A DNA stretch of 64,000 bases, taken from Eledone cirrhosa (lineage: Eukaryota). Below the pieces are notes generated by a model. That model was not told the DNA's origin and searched no databases. It saw nothing but the letters and a program-made list of their open reading frames with translations. The stretch spans positions 53,940,001-54,004,000 of the forward strand of contig OZ024746.1 in the NCBI GenBank assembly GCA_964016885.1. The letters are read 5' to 3'. Positions 13,969 to 35,160 of the stretch are shown in pieces. The position numbers were made by a program, and so were the translations under genes. Numbering within the stretch: position 1 is the stretch's first letter; the number at the start of each line of letters is the position of its first letter.

Positions 13969-14051
<83 letters not shown>

Positions 14052-14053
14052 TC

Positions 14054-14095
<42 letters not shown>

Positions 14096-14190
14096 CATAC
14101 ATATTATACATACACGCGCGCGCAGACAAATGCCACACACAAACAAACTCACACATGAACACACACACATATATATATATATACATACAG

Positions 14191-14254
<64 letters not shown>

Positions 14255-14749
14255 CAATACAACTGCCCTTCTGTATGTCTTCGGACAAAGACATATACAT
14301 AAAATGTTATCTCTCTCTCGCTCCCCCTTTCTCTATGTATGTATGTATGTATGTATGTATGTATGTATGTATGTATGTATGTATGTATGTATGTATGTAT
14401 GTATGTATATATACATAGAGATAGAGAGAGTGGGAGAGAGAGAGTGGGAGAGAGAGATAGAGAGAGTGGGAGAGAGAGAGTGGGAGAGAGAGAGTGGGAG
14501 AGAGAGAGTGGGAGAGAGAGAGTGGGAGAGAGAGAGATTAACACACACGCACACATTTATTTATATATACATACATATATACGCAAATTATGTTACTGTT
14601 AACTTTATCATACTTTTCTACACAAAAGAATCATTGAAACCAGAACGCCACATCATACCAAACCGCAATACACTCTACATATCCATCCTAGTTCATCTTA
14701 TCTCTCTCTCTCTCTCCACAATAGATTCTTTGCTCGGAGATGAACATAC

Positions 14750-14990
14750 TTAGATTAAAGCGATGAAACAGACGGCGCCATACACGACCAGCATGCCGCT
14801 AAAACATCGGTACGATACCTTGTTACGTGCCTGCTTACGTATGTACATAAGTACCGTAGAACGCCCCCTCCCCCTCGCTGCCCAGTTCAGCGTGTATTAC
14901 TGGCCATGGTTCGTGGGAATGCTTTCGCCGTCTTGTTGTTCGCGGGGCGCAGCATTTCTGTCCTCTTGTCCTAGCCTAGGCCCAAAGTCC
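14750..14990 (-). promoter_or_regulatory. CpG-rich island, candidate promoter / non-coding first exon
   Basis: Locally GC/CpG-rich unique DNA ending at a TAA|GTATGT donor-like site (14749). Confidence 0.25.
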
Positions 14991-15164
14991 AAACACCCAC
15001 CCCTTCACTTCTTCCTTCTCTTCCCGACAGCAGAGCTGTTGCCCCCACCCCTTTCCGTTCTTTTTTTTCTTTCTTTATCTCTTTTTTTCTCTATATTTCC
15101 CTAATATTTCTTTCCTTTTGTTTGCCCTTTTTTATTACTGCCGTCATTATTATTGGTGGATTGG

Positions 15165-15557
15165 AGGGCGGTGTATTGGCAGTCTCGGTAGAGGGTCAGA
15201 CATGCTTTCCAGCATAGTTACGTCCCTTTACGATCTGAGTTCAAATCCCGCCGAGGTTATCATTGCCTTTCATCCTTACGGGGTCGATAAAATAAAGTAC
15301 CAGTAATGTACTGGGTAATTGCTGGCCTTGTGCCAAAAGTAGAAACAATTATATTATTGTTACTGTAAATAATTGTTTCTACTTTTGGCACAAGGCCAGC
15401 AATTATCCCAGTGTATTACTGGTACTTTATTTTGTCGATCCCGTAAGGCTGAAAGGCAACGTTAACCTCGGCGGGATTTGAACTCATACCGTAAAGGGGC
15501 GTAACTCTATGCTGCAAATCATAGCGTCCGACTGCCTACCGATACTGCCAATCCACT
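15165..15557. mobile_element. Tail-to-tail inverted pair of SINE family 1 (15165-15350 +, 15370-15557 -)
   Basis: Two full copies about 20 bp apart. Confidence 0.85.
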
Positions 15558-15739
15558 GTAAATAATATCATGTTTATGCAGTTTTTATCATAAAAACATT
15601 TTTATTTAAATTTTTAGATAAATTTACCGAATGTTTATTTGTAAGTTGCAACTACTGGGGGAGCACGCAGTAATGTTGTTTTTCTATATAAATAACTTCG
15701 TTATATTTTCTCCGGTTTGATTCCTAAACAACAGTATAT

Positions 15740-16350
15740 GACCACCACCAACACCACCACTACCACCACTACCACCAACATCAACACCATCACCACCATC
15801 AATACCACCAAAACAACTAACGCTATCACCATCAGCTCCTCTGCCACCACCACCACTACCACTACCACCACCAGCACCACCACCACTACCACTACCACCA
15901 CCAGCACCACCACCACTACCACCACTAACACTACCACCACCACTAACACTACCAACACTTGCACTACCACCACTACCACCACCATCAACATCATCACCAC
16001 CACCAATACCACCAAAACAACGAACGCTATCACCACCAACTCCTCTGCCACCACCAACCAACACCACCACCACCACCACCACCACTACCACAACCACCAC
16101 TACCACCACCACCACCACCACCATCACCACCACCACCACCACTACCGCCACCACCACTACCACCACCACCACTATCACCACCACTACCACCACTAACACT
16201 ACCACCACTAGTACTACCACCGCTACCACCACCATCACCACCAGCAATACCACCAAAACAACCAGCGCAATCATCATCGACTCCATTGCCACCACCATCA
16301 CCACTACGACCTCCACCACCACCAACACCACAACCACTACAACCACCACC
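15740..16350. repeat. Degenerate (CCA)n/(CTA)n tract
   Basis: Read directly. Confidence 0.9.
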
Positions 16351-16491
16351 ATCACCAATACAACAACCCCCTCTCACCTCCACTCACACCCAGTATCAGC
16401 AGAATTCCTCATTATCGTCGTTGTCGTCATGATGATCCTCATCATCATAAGCATTCTCTCTTTAATTATCATAATCATTATAGTTATATAA

Positions 16492-17196
16492 AGGCGGGGG
16501 ATTGGCAGTATCGGGAGAGGGTCGCACGCCATTCTTTGAAGCATAGAGTTACGTCCCTTTACGATCTGAGTTCAAATCCCGCCGAGATTAACTTTACTTT
16601 TCATCCTTACGGGGTCGATAAAATAAAGTACCAGTAATGTATTGGGTAAATGCTGGCCTTGTACTATAAGTAGAAACAATTATATTTATATATAGCAAAA
16701 GATGGTTGCGATGCTGATGGTGATGGTGACGATGCTGATGCTGATGAATGAGAAGATGAAGAAGAAGAAAAAGGAAGAAGAGACCAAATTGAATAATAAT
16801 AATAATAACAACAATAATAGTAATAATAATAATTGTTTCTACTTTTGGCACAAGGCCAGCAATTACCCCATGCATTACTGGTACTTTATTTTATCGACCC
16901 CGTAAGGATGAAAGGCAAAGTTAACTTCGGCTGGATTTGAACTCAGAATGGAAAGGGCCTTAACTCTATGCGTCAAAGCATGACGTCCGACCCTCTATGG
17001 TTTCTGACAGGCACAAGGCCAGAAATTTTTTGGGGATGGGAAATCGATTAAATCCACCCCAGTGCATTACTGATACTTCATTTTACCGATCACGTAAGGA
17101 TGAAAGGCAAAGTTAACCTCGGCGGTATTTGAACTCAGAACGTAAAGGGCCATAACTCTTTGCTGCAAAGCATGGTATCTGACGCTCTACTGATAC
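16492..17196. mobile_element. Three SINE family 1 copies (16492-16682 +; 16830-16998 -; 17010-17196 -)
   Basis: A/B boxes and core. Confidence 0.8.
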
Positions 17197-17633
17197 TGAT
17201 ACAAGAAAATGAAGAGAAAGGAGAGGATGGCGAAGATGAAGGATAAACTGTAATAAAACGAAGAAGAAGAAGAAGACAAAACTTATGAAGACGGGAGAAG
17301 ATGAAGTAGAAGATGATAATGATAATGATGAATAAGACAAAGAAGAAATAGAAAAAAAATACACAAGAAGGAGAATGTGGCGAAGAGGCAATAAACGAAA
17401 GGTTAAGAAGAACGAAAGAAAGACAAATGAAGAAGAAAGAGAATAAGGTGGGAGGAGAAGTAGAAGAAGACAGAAAATGAGAAGAAGATGAAATAATGGA
17501 AAGAGAGAAGATAAGAACATCAATAGAACAGGAAGTCATATAATGGTTCTTGTAATAAAATCTCTGATTACTAAAGTCAAAGAATGGTTCATATAGACAT
17601 AGACATACGCATTTTTATAAATATGAATATGTG

Positions 17634-17715
<82 letters not shown>

Positions 17716-17741
17716 TTATAAATAGGCACAAACACACACTC

Positions 17742-17818
<77 letters not shown>

Positions 17819-17820
<2 letters not shown>

Positions 17821-18024
17821 GGAAAAAGTATCACACCGACGGCAGAGCTCAAGCCGTTTCGACGGCTATTTCTGGACTGAAATAGAGTCTAGAAATAGCC
17901 GTCGAAACGGCTTGAGCTCTGCCGTCGGGGTCGTACCTTTTCCTATTACCCACTCTACTACCCTAAGTAATGAGTACTCTGGTGCGTTATGGTCCATCTG
18001 GTTCCTTACCACAATTCCTTAGTT
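17819..18024 (+). mobile_element. Miniature fold-back 3' end of the 3793-7283 PLE family
   Basis: Arms of ~58 bp ending TTCCTA plus the 80-nt tail TTACCCACTCTACTACC...; (TA)n flanks. Confidence 0.85.
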
Positions 18025-18040
18025 ACATATATATAAACAT

Positions 18041-18651
18041 GAGAAGAAAGAAGAATACTGCGTGGTTTGCACATGGGTTACATATGATAAAAATATTCCT
18101 TCGTCAGTGATTTTCCAACCATCATTGGTATTTCATCGCATTAAAAATCAGATACCTCAGTTTGGTGCGAGCAATAACTAAAAAGAGTTAATGGGACCAG
18201 AATTCGCGTAAGGCGAGGGGGACAAGTAAACAACATAGAAGGATAAAAGCAAACCGAAGATAGGAAAATAAACAAGCAACATGGTTGTCCGGTCAGCATA
18301 ATCTGGGTGGATTTCATGAGCGAGAGTGGTACAGATCGTGTTGATGTGTGTGAAATGTGAGCAAGAAGAGACCCACACAAGCCAAACGGGAGGAAGTGAG
18401 AAGGGGAGAAACAGAGAGTGAGTGAGTGGAAGTATTAGGAAGAGGTCAGTCGAGAGAAAGTGTAACTGACAGAGGGGGCGAAAGAAGGTGAGAGAAACAG
18501 AGAGAGCGAGGAGGCAGTAAGAGAGAAACAGACAAACGCAGCCGAGGTAAATATATATAAAAAACACGAGAAGAAAGGAGAATACTGCGTGGTTTGCACA
18601 TGGGTTACATATGATAAAAATAGTCATTCGTCAGTGATTTTCCAACCATCA
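18041..18651. repeat. 83-bp direct repeat at 528-bp spacing
   Basis: GAGAAGAAAG.AGAATACTGCGTGG...CCAACCATCAT at 18041-18123 and 18569-18651. Confidence 0.8.
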
Positions 18652-18686
18652 TCTCTCTCTCTCTCTTTATATATATATATATATAT

Positions 18687-18740
<54 letters not shown>

Positions 18741-18969
18741 TTAGAGAGTGTGTTTGTTATTGTGTGTGTGTGTGTGGGGGATGTGTGTGTGTGTGTGGGG
18801 GGGGGGGGCTATGTGTGTGTGTGTGTGGGGGGGGGGGGGTATTAATGTGTGTGTGCTTTTGAACTTTAGCCTCACGAGACCATGGATCGGCACCTGGAAG
18901 ACTTCAAAACTCACACATACACAAACATATATGTGTCTTAAACACATATATAGACGCACACATACACAC

Positions 18970-19015
<46 letters not shown>

Positions 19016-19016
19016 A

Positions 19017-20858
<1,842 letters not shown>

Positions 20859-21231
20859 ATATCCGAAAAATCGCGCTCGTGCCTACAGTAGGTCTGAAAA
20901 CAATATATATATATATATATATATTATATATAATATACACTATATTATATATGTTGTTATAAAAACCATTAAAGGAACGTGTACGATCATTCCAATATCA
21001 CTGTAAACACATCTACATGATCAGGCAGGCAATTAAACCTTCCGTGAAACTCTGGGTATTGAATGAGGAATCATTAAAGCTTTACGTATAAACATAAGCT
21101 CTACACGGCGTGTTGTCTACAATATTATATTGTGAGTATACGTTCATATGTGTAGATAAGAGTGTGTATACTATTATTTTATGCATAGATCTATATAAAT
21201 ACATCTCTCTCTCTCTCTCTCTCTCTTTCTT

Positions 21232-21286
<55 letters not shown>

Positions 21287-21696
21287 TCTCTCACACACAC
21301 ACACTCTCTCTCTCTCTATATATATATAGCCGTTGAAACGGCCGGAGCTCAGCCGTCGGGGTCCTGAATCTTTTCATTTGTTTATATATACATATATATA
21401 TATACACACATATATATAGTTATAGGAATAACCAAAGAGTACTTAGAAATACATTGTTTTATTAGCTAACAGTGTTTCATCCATACACCATGGCAGGAAT
21501 CACCAGAGCCTATAAACATGAGTATATCAGTAGTTGCATGCACCATCGAGCTGCGTCACCAAAACAATGTTAAAGCGCTATATGGAAAAAGGCAGAATAC
21601 ATGATGCATATAATGTAGTTATCCTACAATGAGCTAAACCCACACTGTCATACCAAGGGCTGCATGTCTGGGCATATTGATATATTTGTCAACGAA

Positions 21697-21727
<31 letters not shown>

Positions 21728-21746
21728 AAGAAGATCTATATAAATA

Positions 21747-21856
<110 letters not shown>

Positions 21857-21943
21857 ATATATATATTTGTATATATATGTGTGTGTGTGTATATATATAT
21901 ATATGTATGTGTATATATATATATATATGTGTGTGTATATATA

Positions 21944-22002
<59 letters not shown>

Positions 22003-22715
22003 ATATATATATGTGTGTGTGTGTGTGTATTTGTGTGTATGTATACATTTATATATACATACTATATATATATATATATATATATATAGTATGTGTATGT
22101 GTGTGTTTGTGTGCTAGTGCGTGTGTTTATATATTTATATATATATATATATATATATACACACGCACTAACACACAAACACACACAGACACACACACTC
22201 ACAAAGATATATATATATATATGTATATAATACACAGACCAAGATGTATTCTGCACTTTTACCCATACACACGTTAGGTCTAACTTTATCATTCAACAAT
22301 AGCGTATTATCCACCATGAGTCAGAAAAGCTGACTTTTCTTTGCCCTCATCGAGACAACGTATAAGGGATGGACAAAACCCCAAACATATAGAAAAAATA
22401 TGTAAAATAGAAGAAAATAACGAGAGACCCCATACAAGTCTTACTGTCTTGTAAGCTCTTAAATTATCTTGTTTGGGATAGTTTTAAGAATTGGGTATCT
22501 AGGGTTTTGTTTATACTGTTTAATGTTTTAATTATCATTTGTGTGGGTTTACGACCTTCATGATGGATAGATAACATAATTAAAGGGATAGGCTGATTTG
22601 GATAGGGTTTATAGGGGAGATATTAGGCGTTCATTTACACACACACAAATGTATACACATATATATATATACATATATATGTACACATACGTATATATGT
22701 GTGTGTGTGTGTGTG

Positions 22716-22748
<33 letters not shown>

Positions 22749-22761
22749 GCTTATACACGCT

Positions 22762-22796
<35 letters not shown>

Positions 22797-22797
<1 letters not shown>

Positions 22798-23375
22798 AGT
22801 ATGTACACGTACATACATATATGTATACAGACGTACAGTAGTATGTATATATATATATACATACATGAACACATATATATATATGTACGTATGGATTCAC
22901 CGAACATTTATTATAATGCTCGGTGTGTTTGTAAACAAACATCCCGTATTAAGCCGTAGTGTCCAGCAACCATCGTTGCTCGTTTGTTCAACACCCACAA
23001 AGGAACGCTGTACTAGTTTCAAGCTTATTAGCTATCGTCAGCAACGTATACCTTTCTGCCTGATTGTTGAACGTATATACTTACCTTATGCATATTAATG
23101 GCTGAGTAGCCCAATTTGAATATCGAGTGGGTTAATCGGCCGGGTGCACCGAAAACGATAAACGGAAAAGATGAAACGAAATTTCATTTCCCACTCTTAG
23201 TACGGCTGTTACTTAAATATAAGTATGTACACGTACATACATATATGTATACAGATGTACAGTAGTATGTCTATATATACATACATGCACACATATATAT
23301 ATGTACGAATGGATTCAGCGAACATTTATGATAATGCTCGGTGTGTTTGTAAACAAACATCCCGTATTAAGCCGT
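22797..23375 (-). mobile_element. Divergent retrozyme subfamily, 424-bp period, ~1.4 units
   Basis: AAGTATGTACACGTAC at 22797 and 23221. HHR cgttg-CTGACGA-tagctaataagctt-GAAA-cta-GTA-cagcg at 23006-23046 (minus). Related fragment at 58205-58378. Confidence 0.8.
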
Positions 23376-23510
23376 AAAACTAAAACTGAATACTAACCAA
23401 TACTTATTACTAATTTTTACTTATTCCTAATTAAACTATTTTTCAGTGTGAAAAATTTGTCAGCATTTTCTTTTCCTTTTACTAATATATCACAACTCGT
23501 GTGTTACACC

Positions 23511-24094
<584 letters not shown>

Positions 24095-24099
<5 letters not shown>

Positions 24100-24470
24100 G
24101 TAAGTATGCATGTATACGTACATACATATATGTATACAGACGTACAGTAGCATGCACATATATATATATATATATACATATATATATACATATGCATACA
24201 GGTACACATACATATATGCACGTATCAGTTTAGCGGCGCTTATTATAACGTCGCTTTGTTCGTTTGTAAACAAACTGAACAGCCTGAATTTATGCCATAC
24301 GGTGTTAAGGCAACCACGTCACCTTTTTGTTCAACACTGACACAGGAACGATGTACTAGTTTCAAGCTTGTTAGCTATCATCAGCACCGTTTACCCATCT
24401 GCCAGATAGTTGAACGTTCGAAAGTATATACTTTCCTTATGAAAATTAACGGCTGAGCAGCCTAATTTGC
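24095..24470 (-). mobile_element. Inverted 5' arm of the 474-bp retrozyme array (contains HHR at 24349-24389, minus)
   Basis: Reverse complement of unit sequence beginning at ...CTTACATTTA, i.e. 58 nt upstream of the array's 3' end. Confidence 0.9.
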
Positions 24471-24471
24471 A

Positions 24472-30017
<5,546 letters not shown>

Positions 30018-30026
30018 ACATATATA

Positions 30027-31074
<1,048 letters not shown>

Positions 31075-31076
<2 letters not shown>

Positions 31077-31961
31077 AAATACGTAGTTTAGAAAGCCACA
31101 TATATGTATACAGACGTACAGTGCGTGTGTGTGAAAATAGCAGGCCGTAAAGGCCTTACGGCCTGCTATTTTCACACACACGCACGTATATGCATACCCA
31201 TACGCATACACACACACATCTATATTTATACACGCACACATGTTTTTACAACCTACCACCTTTCACACCCTTTGATTTCCAGCTTCTACAGCCCACTATC
31301 TTTCACACACACACGCACTCACACATATACACACACAGTTACACACACATGTATACCCATACGCTTACACACACACATCTATATTTATACACGCACACAT
31401 GTTTTACAACCTACCACCTTTCACACCCTTTGATTTCCAGCTTCTACAGCCCACTATCTTTCACACACACACACACTCACACATATACACACTTACACAT
31501 ATACACACACAGTTACACACATATATATATTTACACACACATATTTTACGGCTTTCACACGCTAGCGCACCCTCTTGATTTAACCCATTTGGTCAGTAGC
31601 TTTTGCCACAGCCTATCACGCGCACGCGCATTCTTTCCCTCATTTAAATTTTAAATAATTTTCTCCCCATAACGGCATTCCTGTTTTAACGACATCACAA
31701 CTTTCTCCGCTTAGCCTGTTCCCCCCCTTTTGGAACTTTCCCCCGTTGATGGGCGTGAGCCCGAAATATTGGGATTAAATCTCCACTACGGTAACCCTTC
31801 TACCTTTGTTTTGTTTTCATCTTTGTCTCTCTCAATTTTCACTTTATCCTATTTCTCCTATCTATCATTCACTTCCTACCTCGAGATTTCCCTCTGCATT
31901 GTTGTGGCTTTCTAAACTACGTATTTTACACATTTCACAATGCTTCAAGCAAACTTTAACA

Positions 31962-31967
<6 letters not shown>
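31075..31967 (+). mobile_element. PLE-type non-coding insert: 26-bp inverted end, internal hairpin, ~157-bp duplication, decayed HHR
   Basis: 31075-31100 is inverted at 31903-31928; tail to 31967. Hairpin 31125-31182. tccc-CCGTTGA-t-gggc(gtga)gccc-GAAA-ta-TT-ggga at 31739-31774. Confidence 0.55.
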
Positions 31968-32030
<63 letters not shown>

Positions 32031-32035
<5 letters not shown>

Positions 32036-34713
32036 AGTATGTGTGTATACGTACATACATATATGTATACAGACGTACAGTAATGTTTGAAATGTTTGAA
32101 ATGTTTTGGCCAGTATTGGCCCAGGCCATGTCTAACTTAATAGCACCACCTGGCGAAGTCTTTCAATTCAGGATTTGGGCACCATGGCCCATTCGAGAAG
32201 AGAATTACTGTTTGCGGAGACATATCCGGGTGTGGGTGGTTTGTCCGGGATTACTTGGAGGAATTTGTCCAAAGACTTCTTGAATTTTGTGTGGTCAGTT
32301 TCTGTTTTGACGTGTCCTCGTGTGATGTTGAAGAGAGCAGGGCCGATTGAGGTGAAATAATTGTGCCGTATTGTTGTTATGATTTGCGATTTAGATTTTT
32401 GAATGGGATGGATAGCACGGGGCCCAAGCCTTGGGTGTATCTTGAAGGCGATGCCAACATCATTTGGGCAGTGATGATGGAACATTTTCCACATCATGCA
32501 GATAATATAACGCTCACGGCGACGTTGGAGTGAGTAAAGTTTCAGGTTTTCTAGTCGACCCCAGTAGTCAAGGTCTGACATGCCATCTATCTTTTTCGTG
32601 ATTGCCCTTTGAGGAGCTTCAAGTTTCATGATACTTTGTTTCGTGTGGGGAGACCACAGTGGACAACAGTATTCAAGGTGTGGTCGGGCAAAAGTAGAGA
32701 AGAGAAGGATAATGGTGTGGGAATCTCTCGACTGGAAGGTTCTGAGGATCCAGGAACACATTCTGCGGGCCATGTCAACTTGCTGCTTATATGCGTGGCC
32801 CAGCTTATGTTGCTGTCCACGGTTACTCCCAAGTCTCTGATGTTGTTAGATGCCACGAGAGTTTCCCCGGAGGGAAGGGAGTACGGGAGTTTCAGAGCAT
32901 CCTCTTTTCCAAAGTGGATCAGTTCGAATTTGTCTTCGTTCAGTAACATGTTCTTTTCCGCCCATTGGGTAACAGCCAGTAGGTCTGACTGAAGGCTTAT
33001 CCGGTCACCCACGCCATTGATGACCTTTTGGAGCTTGGAATCATCATCGAAAATTTTAATGTTGCTGTGTTTGATGATGTCAGTGATGTCATTAATATAG
33101 ATGATGAAGAGAAGTGGGCCCAACACAGTGCCTTGTGGGACCCCACTACTGACTTTGGCTGGGCTGGATTTGACTCCTTCAACTACAACATGTTGGATTC
33201 TATTTGACAGGAAGCTCTTGATCCACTGCAGCAGCTTTCCAGTGACACCAATATTGGACAGCTTTCTCAGTAGAATGTTATGATCAACCCTGTCAAAGGC
33301 CTTGCTGAAATCAAGGTAGATAACATCAGTGTTGGAACCCTCTCCCAAGGCTCTCAAAATGTCATCAAAGTGATGCAGTAGCTGCGTCAGGCAATCCCTT
33401 CCATTACGGAATCCATGCTGGTTGGAGTTCAGCATATTGTTACTCTCAAGGAAGTGGGTCATTCGCGATCTCACCACTCTCTCAAATACCTTAATGATAT
33501 GAGAGGTGAGTGAGATTGGACGGTAATTCACGGCAAGGGATTTGTTTCCCTTTTTGAAAACTGGGACAACAGATTGGGATAGAAGGTTTTCTGGCACATA
33601 TCCAGCATCCAGTGAGTTCCGCCACAGATTGGCAAGAGGAGATGCAAGTTGGTGTTGACACGCCTTCAAGACACAAGCAGGGAACCTATCGGGACCTACT
33701 GCTGAATTATTCTTGATTTCCTTTATTGCCGCTAAGACATCAGGGGCGCCAAACGTTATGTCCGATAAGGTGTAATGGGGAGTAACATCGCCGATACAGC
33801 CCAGATCGGCCATATCAGGATTGCTGAAAACAGAGCAGTATTGTTTCTGCAGTATCTCACCCATGGTTTTAGCATTGTCTTGAAGAGTGCCATTTTCATC
33901 AATTAGAGGGCCAACAGTAGAGCCAGTGATTTTGTGTTTTTTTGCAAATGAAAAGAACACTTTGGGATTGAGTTTGATCTTCTCAATGGCCCAGGCCTCT
34001 TCAGCTCTTCTCTGATTGTTGATGAGGGGCATTATGTTGTTTTGGAGGTTATGTTTTTTAATCTCTAGTGATGAAATGGCAGTCAAGTTGATGTGTTGCT
34101 GCTGACAGTATTTCAGCTTGTTGATTTTTTTGTTCGTTCTCTTAATTTTTCTGATGAGCGTTTTTCTATTTCTAGGGATTCTGCTCTTAGATTTGTTTAT
34201 AGTTCTTAATGGGGTGTGTTTTGCACATATGTTTGTAACAGTGTCCACAAATGTCTGCCAGGACTTTTTGATGCTAGTGGGTGAATGTATGAGTGTGCGT
34301 GAAGGACCAGTCGACATGTGCAAGATCATGACTGATCGCTTCCCAGTTTGCATTGTGGAAATCCATAGCGTCAAACGGATGGACAGGAGAGTTGACATTG
34401 GGTTTGTATATTGGACGGTGGAATCTCAGATCACAGAGAACCATGTCATGATCAGAGAGTAGAGTTTTCTCCACTGCAATATTGTGGATATTGTCAGTGT
34501 GATTGCTGAAAATTAAGTCTAGGACCTTTTTTGTGGCACCTCGTTGGTTCGAGCACCAGTTGGGATAGGAAGAAATCATCCATGAAGTCAAGAAGCGATT
34601 CCACTGCTTCCCTGTCAGAGGTTGAGGCAGAAGAACCTGGTGGCAGGCTGTGTGTGGACCAGTCAACTCCAGGGAGGTTGAAGTCCCCCATCATTAAGAT
34701 GTTGTCAGTAGCA

Positions 34714-34799
<86 letters not shown>

Positions 34800-35101
34800 C
34801 AGGTACACATACATATATGCACGCATCAGTTTAGCGGACGCTCACTACAACGCCGCTTTGTTCGTTTGTAAACAAACTGAACAGACGGAATCTTTTTGCC
34901 GTACGGTGTTAAGGCAACCACGTCACCCTTTTGTTCAACACTGACACAGGAACGATGTACTAGTTTCAAGCTTGTTAGCTATCATCAGCACCGTATACCC
35001 ATCTGCCAGATAGTTGAACGTTCGAAAGTATATACTTTCCGTATTTAAGTAAGTGCCGTACTAAGAGTGAGAAATGAAATTTCGTTTTCATTTTATTTCA
35101 A

Positions 35102-35104
<3 letters not shown>
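32031..35104 (-). mobile_element. Retrozyme-family insertion (32031-32082 + 34706-35104) split by a LINE
   Basis: Unit sequence ...GACGTACAGTA|GCATGC... is interrupted by the LINE. HHR at 34953-34993 (minus); tail on plus at 35044-35104. Confidence 0.85.
32083..34708 (-). pseudogene. CR1-group LINE, 5'-truncated and frameshifted copy
   Basis: Near-identical to 37741-40351. ORF pieces at 34494-34826, 32626-34398 and 32168-32773; FADD>FDDD; (CATTTCAAA)n 3' tail. Confidence 0.92.

Positions 35105-35157
<53 letters not shown>

Positions 35158-35160
<3 letters not shown>

Noticed and set aside
21455-21515. Hammerhead-like motif on the minus strand (CTGGTGA...GAAAcactGTT)
   Set aside because: Core mismatch at A6 and weak stems; no second copy to support it.
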